Source: Raillietiella orientalis (Eukaryota). From it: a stretch of 64,000 nt of DNA. Location: assembly GCA_036172245.1 (NCBI GenBank), contig JAYWIR010000044.1, forward strand, positions 1,488,001 through 1,552,000, in the 5' to 3' direction. Both the position numbers and the translations under genes were made by a program. Positions 54,590 to 64,000 of this stretch are shown here, in pieces. Under the pieces are notes generated by a model that was not told the origin of the DNA, ran no database searches, and saw nothing but the letters and a program-made list of their open reading frames with translations. How positions within the stretch are numbered: position 1 is the first letter of the stretch; the number at the start of each line of letters is the position of its first letter.

Positions 54590-57500
54590 GGCGAGTGGAC
54601 GTGTGTTTCCTTCGCTCCCGAGTGAGTCGACAGGAAGCGGTTTTTTATTGTGTTGTTTGGTGTGGAACATCGTTGGTGTCCGATGGCAGCGATGCCTGAG
54701 GACACCACGATGGAGGTAGGTGTGGGGGAGGCTTGACCACCCCCACAGCCTACAGAATCAGGGGCGTCCGCCCCGGAATCGCCCTCGCCGCCCAAGGCGA
54801 GGAGCTGGAGCGCCATGGTGGCCGCGCCGAGCGCGGAAACCGTGGCCGAGATGGCGGCCTACCGGTCAGCTGGGTACAAGCCCAGCTTGGTGTACCAGGT
54901 AGGCCCCTTATTTGACGGAAAAACGGCACGCGCGTTTTCGAAAGCGCTGCAAAACGCCGGAGAAAGAGAACAAGATCTTGACGGTTTGTCCGTTCTCAGC
55001 GAAGGTCAGCGAGTCGAGGTGGTGTGCAAGGAGATCACCTTGGCTCAGACTCTGATCACCAACCCGTTGAACGTCGACGGCCGCAAGATCTTGCCGGTGA
55101 CGATGGACCGCTCCGTGGTGGTCCATCTCACTGGAATAACGAGCCGTATGACTCGCTCTGCAGTAGCACAAGAACTACAAAAGTTCGGCGACGTGCACGC
55201 GCTGTGGCCTAAGCCAACAATCTTTGAAGGCTTCAATAGCCATTTCGGGGGCCAGGCTGCAGCGCGGGTAACCGTAAGTAAGGACTGTGGGCTTCCCCAC
55301 AAGCTGGAGGTCGCGCAAGAGAGCGTGGACCTCTGGTACGTGGGAAAGCCCCGGTATTGCGGCTACTGCGATACCGTAGGACACCTTCGCAAGAGGTGTC
55401 CTAACATCCAATGCCACATGTGCGGGGAGAAGGGCCACGTTCGACGTGTGTGCCCAAAACACCCCACTCCGGTTCCTCCTGCCGCGAAAAAGGCGCAGAT
55501 GAAACGCGCACTAAAGGTCACAAGACCTAAGGCGGACGCTGGCCGGCTGAAGCTGCCAGATCCTCAACCTTCAAAAGAAAAGACGGAGGATAAACCTTCC
55601 CAAGAGGCGGAAGGTGAAGAGCGCTGGCAACTTGTAGCAGCCAGAAAAGAGAGAAAAGCTCCTTAGAAGGAGAAGAAGGAGAAGCCGGCCGGTAAGGAAA
55701 AAAAACCCGGGCCGCGTTCGAAAACCGTACGCGAGTGCACGGTGGCACTGGAACGTATCGTCGTTCCGGAAGAGGCCACCCGGGGCGACGAGCCTCCCCT
55801 CGCCGTTTCCGTCGCGCCCGAAGTTCGCGACGGCGAACCCTCTGTGCAAACAGAGGATGAGCCGCGCGATGCGCCGGTCAACACCGAGGACGCCGCGTTC
55901 GCAAAGGCGGCAGAGGAGCTCGCGGCCACGCTGGAGGAGCGTGAGAACCCCTCACGCAAGGCCGTGCCAAGGCCGGCTCCCGCGAAAAAGGCCCCCACAG
56001 GTGAGTCGGACCTTTGGGCCGGAAGTGCATCCTCCTCCTCGAAGGTACCCCCCAGGAAGTCGGGACGCAAGTCCCAAAAACCCAGGAGGCGCCTCCCCTC
56101 GTCCAGCGAGGAGGAGAAGCAGGAAGCTAGCGGTAGCGTGGGAATCCCGGAGGGGGAACTCCCACGCTCGGAAGCCGTCGAGCCGGCCACCCCCATGGAG
56201 GAGGGTGAGCAGAGGGGCGTAGTCCTCCCTGCAGTCGCCGAGCCTGAACAGCCCGCCCCCATGGAGGAGGGCCAACAGGTAGGCGCGACCCCACCTGAGG
56301 GTGACGCGCTCGACGCGCCGTTACCCATGGAGGAGGGGGACCAGGTGCACGCAGCGCCTGACCCTCCTCCTCCACCTAGCGTCCCGCCCCAACAGGTGGC
56401 GGACGCCGCATCGCCATCTTCCCAGGAGTAACACCTGGGCTCGGCAGTCGCCGTCGGATTCGCGCCGCCTGTTGGAACGTCAACGGGCTGCGCGACGACG
56501 GTAACAGGCGAGATACGGCCGACACCCTGCGTGAGCTCGACCTGGCCCTGCTGCAGGAGATCCACGTGATCACCGCGGCAGACGCCCAGGAGATCGAGAC
56601 GATCGCGGGGGGTCGGTTGTATTGGCGGTGCGGCCTCCGCAACACCTGCGGGGTCGGGTTCTTCGTGAAGCCCGCCATCGACGCTGCCGTGAAGGCCGTG
56701 CGCTTCGATGACGACGGTCGGGTCGGTCAGCTGATTCTCAGCTGGTCCGACTCGATCGAACTGATCGTCACGAATGTGTACGCCCCCAGCGGTAAACAGG
56801 GATACAGCGACCGTACCAGGATGCTGGAATCCCCGAAGCGCGACTGGCTGGCGGACACGAACGTGGGGAAGGCTCAGCTGATAGCGGGAGATTTCAATCG
56901 AGTGCGGACGTGTTTTTCTTTGCTCTCGTCTCCGTGCTTTCATCCGCTTCATCTTGGCGTCGTACATTTTGACGACGATGTCGACCCAACTTGAAGCAAC
57001 TGAAGTTGGAGGAACAGCATCCGGATCTGCAATCGCGGAACCGACGGCCGCCTCCACTTCGTCTTTATCGCCAATGGAGAGGAGTTCTGCTGACGTTGCT
57101 GCCACAGCAGCCGTCAAAGGGAAGCCACTCGACGAGTCGGAGTTTCGGGCATACGTAGCCGAAGGCTATAGACCTGCTCTCCGATATAAGGTGAGTGGTT
57201 TTCTTTCTGCGCGCGACGGGAATCAGTTCAACGATGAACTGACCCGTGTTGGCGTGCGGGAGGAGGACCTTCTCGCCATTATGCCCGTAAAAGACATGGG
57301 CTATTTCAACGTGCGTTGCAAAGACGCTACACTTGTGCAACGCTTGCTGCGCACCCCGCTGTCGATCCGTGGCCAGAAGGTCTTCCCGGCTGCCATGGAC
57401 GACTCATTTGTGGCAAAGATTTTCCACATCGAGTCGGAAATCTCCGATACTGATATTCGGAACGCGTTGGCGAAATTCGCCACGGTCCATGCGCTGTGGA

Positions 57501-60500
57501 GGGTGCGTAGCAACCTCAAGGACTTCCCGTCCATACACAGCGGAGTCGCTGGAGTCCGGCTTACAATGCCGGACCGCCGTCTGCTTCCCACCAAACTACA
57601 AGTGAAAGACACGGTCGTTCACCTGTGGTTCGTGGGCAAAGTAAGAACGTGCGAGCAATGCGGGAAGTAGGGGCATTGTTTGGATAAATGCCCCTCTGGA
57701 AAATGCCGTTATTGCAAACTATCAGGGCACCAATTGAAAAATTGCCCGGATCTTTTGCGAAAAAAGGCAGCCGCGGAGCTCCATCTTAGAAAACAAAGCG
57801 CAAATAAAAAGAAAAAATCTGCGAAACACATGGAGACCTCACGGCAGAAATTCGGTAAAAACGCGAGGCGGAATGTCGCCCCAAAGCAGCAGGGAACCTC
57901 GCACGCGAAGCCCTGCGCGCCCCCTCTCGCGGCAGGGGAGCCGCAAAAGAAAGGGTGCGGGGAATCCGGGGCAATAATAAGTCCCCCTAGTCTCAATAGC
58001 TGTCCTTCCCAAGCACGCCCGGCTCTCTCGGAGTTCGAGCAACCGGCGGGGACGCCAATGGACAACGGCGGTAACGACACTTCCAGTACCGTCAGATCCA
58101 TTCCTTTACCTCCTGCAGTGGCTGAGAAGCCCAAATCGGGTAAGAAGGGTTGTGCCGTGTCGACTTCGAAAGTCGGCAAAAAAAAATCCGCGTCGCGATC
58201 CAACACCGCGAAAGCGGAGAAAAATCTCACGCCGTCGCAGTCGGAGAGCAAGCTCTCGACTGGCGCGGATGCCATGACAACGAAGGGATTAAAAGCCCTC
58301 CCGAAGGCAGCGTCCATGACGATCGTGTCGGAGCCATCGAAAGTGCTTTCGTCCAAAGACGCGGATGGCTTCAAAGATGGCAATGGAGCACAATCTCCAT
58401 TTACGGCGCCACGCGAAGTGAGGAACCGTAATGAAGTAAAGAAGACTTCCGCAAAGGTCCCTCGTGCAACTGCGCGTGAGCACGCTGAAAACGCGCGCGC
58501 CGGGAAAGCAGCCGTCACCAAAAGCAATGCTCTGGTGACGGAAAACGACAACAGGACAGCTGTCGATCCAGCAGAAACTGTCACTGCTTCGCGGAAGGCC
58601 GAAACCCGATCAACCATGCGCCGGTCGGACTCCGAAATGGATGCCGTTCCGATCACCGAGACGAGGACAACTCGTTGAAAAGCGTGTGCGCGCCGATCAA
58701 AAGTAGGCAGCCAGGCAACGCTCGCCGCGAAGCAACGCGGAGTCTCCACGAAACCCGACGGGGTTAAGCCTGACGTGGAGGCATTACATGCATGCAGCAC
58801 GACGGAGGACGGTGGCGACCGTCCCCTCCAGCCAGTCGTGCTGCTCGCAGTCTGCTCGCCGGATAAAGCAAGCAAAAAGCTGCCACCTTCCCGGCAGTAA
58901 TGCGGGAAATCGCATCTTTTCGTCGTCTGTCCGTAACGTGTTGGAACGTGAACGGACTGCAGAACGACGAGAAGAGGCGATTAGTAGCCAACGCCCTGCG
59001 CCCCTTCGACCTCGCGCTCCTGCAGGAGATTTACGTAATCTCCGACGAACAGGCAGCCGAAATCGCGGAGCGCGCAAGCGGAACGCTACATCGGCGGTGC
59101 GGCGGCGCACACACGTGCGGCGTCGCGTTCCTCGTAAGAGGAAAAATGGCGGAAGCGGTGCGTAGTGTTCGTTCCGATGACGACGGACGGATAGGCCAGC
59201 TTGTCATCAAGTGGTCCGAGTCCATCGATCTCGTCGTTACGAACGTCTACGCGCCGAGTGGCTCTCGCAACCTCGAAGAAAGAGTAGCTTTCTTTGGTGA
59301 GGTGCAGAGCAACTGGCTTAACAACTCCGGCTTCCAAGTGGCGCACCTCGTCGCTGGGGACTTCAACGTCCGCCTGCTCTCCGACGATTGGAGCCGCCCG
59401 AGGGAGCGCGCGCTGCCCACCGAGATGTGCGCGTCCGTGCACGCCGCCAACTTGATGGTCAGCGAACCTGGAATGGAAAGATCGCTCGATCACGTTTTCC
59501 TCGATAAAAACCTGCATTCGCGTGTGGGTAGGAGAGGAAGATTGTTGACTGAGCTTTCTGACCACCACAGGTTGGAGTTTGAGATCCTTCCGCCAGGCAG
59601 GGGGTCTCCGTTGCAATGCTGGAGGATGCAGGCGGATTGGCTTAGCCAACCGGAAGCTGCGGAGCATCTACGTGGATACCTCCGAGGCTTTGCCATTCAA
59701 GAACTTGCGGACTGGGATGATCTCAAAAGATCTGTCCGCGAGTTCTGTTGCCAATCCCCCTTGCACCGGCTTCCATGCGGTTTCGGAGAGGGCGTGGCCA
59801 ACAGTAGAGACTTTCTGCAGGCCCGCACGTTTTCAAAACGCGCGGATGTTGGGTGTCTCGCAGAGTACAAGGCGAGGGCCGAGCGCCAGGTCTGGCAGTC
59901 CGGAGCAGCATGCCTGTTAAACGACAAGGGCCAGGAATGTTCGGCCCCAGCCGAGGTACGCCGCATTGTGAGACGCTACTACTCCTCGCTCTACGCGAAA
60001 TCCTTGACGGAGGATATTCTTTCTGAGATACTCCTGTCTCAGGATGCTCGTGTTGTCGGCGAGGAGGAACGCGAACGTCTCGACGAGCCCTTCACGGCGG
60101 ATGAATTTTCGTCCGCCTTCGCTGGGCTGAAGAGACGAAAGGCGCCAGGCGAGGATGGGCTCCCTGCAGAGTTTTATCAGTGCTTTGCAGTGGAGCGCAT
60201 TCCCTTGATGCTGAAACTCGCGACGCTGATGAGTGAATCCGGGAATGTCCCAGATTCCTTCCGCTCAGCGAAGGTGCGTCTCCTGCCGAAAGGCGGAGAC
60301 TTGCGCCAACTTAACAACTGGCGTCCGATCACCTTGGTGAACTCGGACGTCAAGTTGTTTTCCAAGCTGTAAGTCGCGCGGTTAGGAAGTATCGCGGAAT
60401 CTGTAATGAGCCCGGAACAAACCTGCGCGGTTCCGGGACGATCCATGGAGGCGAACATCCTTTTCGCTCGTCCATGGATGCAGCTGCAGGAAGTTGTGGC

Positions 60501-63148
60501 GCAGCAAAGCCAGGCTGCTGCGAAAGTCACTGCCGCAGGCAAAAAGAACAGGCGCCGACGGCAGGAGGGAACGCCAGGTGCCTTGGCGGTCGCGGTCGAT
60601 CTCCACAAGGCGTTCGACTGCGTAAACCAGAAGCTGCTTTTGGAGCTTATGGAACGCCTTGGGTTCCCGGCGCAACTCCTGCTGTATTTGCGCGCGTGCT
60701 GGCGCAACGCGCTAACCTGCATCACTTTTAGCGGCTGCCGCGTGTATGGTATCCCTGTTCGTAGGGGCATCCGACAGGGCGACAGCTTAAGCCCGTTGCT
60801 CTTCAGCATCTTCTTTGAGTTGGTGCTAAGAGCATACAGGCTGACGCTGTCTCACATGCCAAGCTCCTTCCCGGGAACGCCTGCCGTGGCCGCCTACACT
60901 GATGACCTGCTTCTTCTGCTCCCCATGTCCACCCCGGCGTCCAGTGTCGAGGATTTCTTCGACCTGATTCGTCGGGGAGCGGGCGTGAGCGTGAACAGAG
61001 AGAAGAGCCTGGTCGTTCCTGTGGGTACGTCGTGGGAGAAGCAGTCCGACTGGATCCGCCTGGGGATCCCCACGGGCGTGTACTTTAAGTACCTTGGCGT
61101 TCCGTTGGGCGCTTTCGGCGCACCCGAAGCGTGGGCGGTCTGTCTTCAGAAAGCAGAGTTGGCCATCAGCCCGTTCTTTAACGGCAAGTTTACCTTGCAG
61201 GAACGGGCGACTATTTGGAACACCTTTGTGGCCCCCCTCCTCCGTCCCCTGTTTTTTGTTTTGGACCCCCCCTATGCGGCGAAACAGCGGGCTAAGCGCC
61301 TGCTCAGGAACGCTCTCTGGGGTCCGGCGAGATCCAGGATCCGCCTTAAAGAATTGTCAGCTCCGCGTCGGGATGCTGGTTTGGGTATCCTGACAATGGA
61401 GCGAATCGGACTGCAGGTGCAGTTCCGACTGCTTGCACTGTGTGCCCAGCTATGGACATCCCCCCTGTGTGTGCCAGCTCGCATTCTCCAGCGGAGATGC
61501 GCCGGCAGCGGAGGATTTCTCTCGCTTTTGCCGGGCACTCAATACAGGAAGCGGGGTTTCGTGTTTCCATTGCGGCAGTTGACCGCACTTCTGGAAGCAC
61601 ACTCTTGGATCTCCTGTCGCCCAATGAACTTTGAAGCTTGGCGGCAGGAGTCTGTTGAATCCTGGGCGGCGTTCCAAGGAATACGTCCTGAAGATCTTCG
61701 CCCCCTGCGCCAATTTTTTCACGATCCTTGGAAGAAGTACTGCAGGACGAGGTGAAGTTTTCTACTCTGGCTGCCACGCCTCTTGCCGCAGCGCTGTCTG
61801 CCCTCAGGGCAAGAAACGACAGTTACCAACCGGCGAGGTAAGAGGTTTTCTGCACGATAGCGGGAAAAACCAAACTCCTTGGCACCTCTAAGACAAGTGA
61901 GTTGGCGGACGCCGCCACTCCTCGTGTTACTGCAAAGGGACTCCTCCGGTGGGCAGAAGAACTTGCTGTCACCCCCGAAGAACTTGTAGTCCCTCTACAG
62001 TGTATGGACAGTTCGCTGCTCCCCCTTGCTTGGAAACCAGCCGTGCTGCTTTTCGTTCACTGGGGTTTTCAGTGCAACGAGCGTTGGCATCGTGACTCCG
62101 GGGGACTTGCGTCTGCGAACTGCGTTCTGTGCGGATCGACGGAGTCGATTCCGCACCTACTTCTGGACTGCGGTGTCCTACAAGGACTGTGGCGTAGGCT
62201 GGCAACAGCACTATTGCATCCCGTGGACACCGCAAGAGACTTGCTGCGACGATTCTTCACGCGGAGCGGGCTTTCACTAAGCGCAAGGATTGCAACCATC
62301 GGTTGCATACGCGCGATAGTTTCCGTCCGCCAGGCGTTGGTAATCAACGGACAGCACCAAGAGGTAATCAGCAAAGCATCCTTCTACATGGGAGCATCCG
62401 CTAGATGGCCTCATTTGACAGAGGAGACAAAGAGGAATCTCGCCGCAATACACCGCCGGTTTACACACGCTCAGCAGCGGCCAACCCGGTGATCATTGAC
62501 CTACCCTCCATAAACTATTTTTGTATTTTCTTTTTACATCCGCGTCCCCATAGGCTCCGGAACATTCTAGGTGCTCATCGTCTAAATCCCCGTGAGTACG
62601 GAGCCTAACCAAAAACCCGTTACCCTTCCCTCCAGTTTTTGATTTTTGTTTGTTTCCCCTCATTCCTCCCACACTGCGAGCGGTTTGTTTACCAAGCCTG
62701 CGTGCCGGTAATTTTTCTATGTTCTCTGTCGTTCTGTTGTTGAAGGACATTGTCCCTGAGCAGTTTATTATTATTAATAAACGCCCCGGCGTGACCGGGT
62801 GATAAATTTCAATCTCCGTCTGCTAACAGGTGAGCCACAAACACAAGAGAACGCGATGAACGAGTTGTGCGCCGCCATGCGTGCGCGCAACTTGTTCGCG
62901 GGTGAGAGGGGAATGGTCCGCAGCATCGACCACGTCTTCCTCGACGCTAACCTGTGTTCACGGGTCGGCAAACGGGGGAGGGTTGCGTCGACGTTGTCGG
63001 ACCATTCCCGGTTAATTTTCGAGATGTGGCCTCGAGACAAAGGACCACCGTCCAGGGATTGGCGTATGCCGGTGGACTGGACGCGACTCTCAGGTGCGAA
63101 GGAACGCCTTCGCGAATACCTGAGAAGCGTCACGCTCCGGAATCTCCA
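54590..63148 (+). mobile_element. 5' part of an element (ORF1 ~54683-56431, endonuclease), host of the 56900-62805 insertion
   Basis: GGACGTG at 54597; two CCHC knuckles; ACWNVNGL, LLQEIH; AGDFN resumes as FNLRLL at 62806. Confidence 0.93.
56900..62805 (+). mobile_element. Full-length (5.9 kb) element with a 9-bp TSD; ORF1 56978-58900, ORF2 58900-62492, a few stops/frameshifts
   Basis: TSD ATTTCAATC at 56891-56899 and 62806-62814. Begins GAGTGCGGACGTGTTTTT and ends AATAAACGCCCCGGCGTGACCGGGTGATAA. EN, RT (YTDD) and CVLCGSTESIPHLLLDC motifs. Confidence 0.96.
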
Positions 63149-64000
63149 TTGAAACCCGGGTGCGCCGGGACGTTTATTCTCTCGAATAAACCTATACAAT
63201 CTGTTACTGGACCAGTAGTCCAGCCACGCCCTGGAAAGATATAGCTTGCCGGGCTACCGGTGCGCAGACCGGCGCGGTCGACCTCGGCAGCAGAGGGGAG
63301 GGGGAACGAAACAAAAAGAAAACAAAAAATAAACAAAAATCAGGGAGGGAGCGGGAAGGGATCACAGTCTGCTGGGAGGCTCCGTCATCCTCTGGAGGAT
63401 GCCGGCAAGCTGTTTCTGCGTGTGTGGTTCCAGATGGGGCCATCGCGTCGCCATCCTGAGGAAACGGGCAGCATACACGTTGGCATCCCTGTCGCTGGAT
63501 CCTCCCGTCGATTTGCTCCATGCCACGACGATCCCGCGTAGGCAGCACAGGGCTGCAAGCAAGGCCGCTGGAGGCAGGGCGTCACGGACGAAGAGGGGGC
63601 GCAAAGCGTCACTGGGGTTGCCTCCGGGGATCCCCACGGCTGCGGCAAAGCGTTCCCACAAGGGACGGAGGGCAACACAATCCACTAACAGGTGGGGGAG
63701 GTATTCCCTCTCCCCGCACCTGACACAATTAGGGTTGACAACCCCCGCGTCCAGTGGTTTTGGCGGGCGTTGCAAGGAAACCCCCAATGCAACACCATCA
63801 GTGCCGACTGTTGCCACTTTATGGGGAGGGTGCGCGAGTCCATAAGCACCATGGGACACTCGAGATGTTCCTCTGGAACATCCAGTAGCTCTCCCCAGCG
63901 CAACAGTCCATTTGGGGTGGTCCTCGGGGTCGCAGCGTTGGTGAGCTGACCCGTTCTCCAATCCCCGTTCTTCTTTGCCCTGCTGGCGATCTTGAAAGTA
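63149..64000 (-). mobile_element. 3' end of a further element, continuing beyond the window
   Basis: CVRCGEREYLPHLLVDC; terminal motif AATAAACGTCCCGGCGCACCCGGGTTTCAA. Confidence 0.92.

Noticed and set aside
55663..58875. Long minus-strand ORFs (484 aa and 388 aa) as novel genes
   Set aside because: They are shadow frames of GC-rich ORF1/endonuclease sequence, one spans an insertion junction, and neither has recognisable motifs.
23211..58900. LTR retrotransposon gag genes (CCHC knuckles)
   Set aside because: No LTRs, protease or integrase were seen; the knuckle ORFs are followed by APE endonuclease-RT, which is non-LTR organisation.
1..64000. Prokaryotic systems (CRISPR array, retron, group II intron, DGR)
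   Set aside because: Spliceosomal introns and animal-type genes are present, no repeat-spacer array was seen, and the RTs are APE-linked LINE type.

Overview
Eukaryotic (animal-like) genomic DNA in two parts. The first ~19 kb is mostly AT-rich host sequence. It holds two minus-strand genes with tiny introns: a DENND4/Crag-family Rab GEF (start 5007, running off the left edge) and RBM8A/Y14 (16177-15594). It also holds a solo 5'-truncated retrotransposon with a 12-bp TSD, other decayed GC-rich remnants and a degenerate 28S rRNA fragment. From ~19.9 kb to the right edge the window is a GC-rich, gene-free pile of about 20 fragments or copies of L1/Tx1-type non-LTR retrotransposons. These have an ORF1 with RRM-like and CCHC-knuckle regions and an ORF2 with APE endonuclease, RT and a zf-RVT-like CCHC region; every copy examined has stops, frameshifts or truncations. 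The most unusual observations are: (i) the copies are stacked in mostly alternating orientation, nearly all keeping the left end and lacking the right end; (ii) divergent subfamilies share a 5' GGACGTG motif and a structured, non-poly(A) 3' end (AATAAA + CCGG-N5-CCGG hairpin, usually then ATAA); (iii) ORF1 and ORF2 are joined by a stop/start overlap inside a hairpin, TAATG/TGATG in two copies but TAACA/TAGCA (no AUG, same register) in five; (iv) a multi-kb inverted duplication whose two arms carry the same nested insertion. Family assignments come from motif recognition by eye, not database searches. Boundaries without a TSD are approximate.
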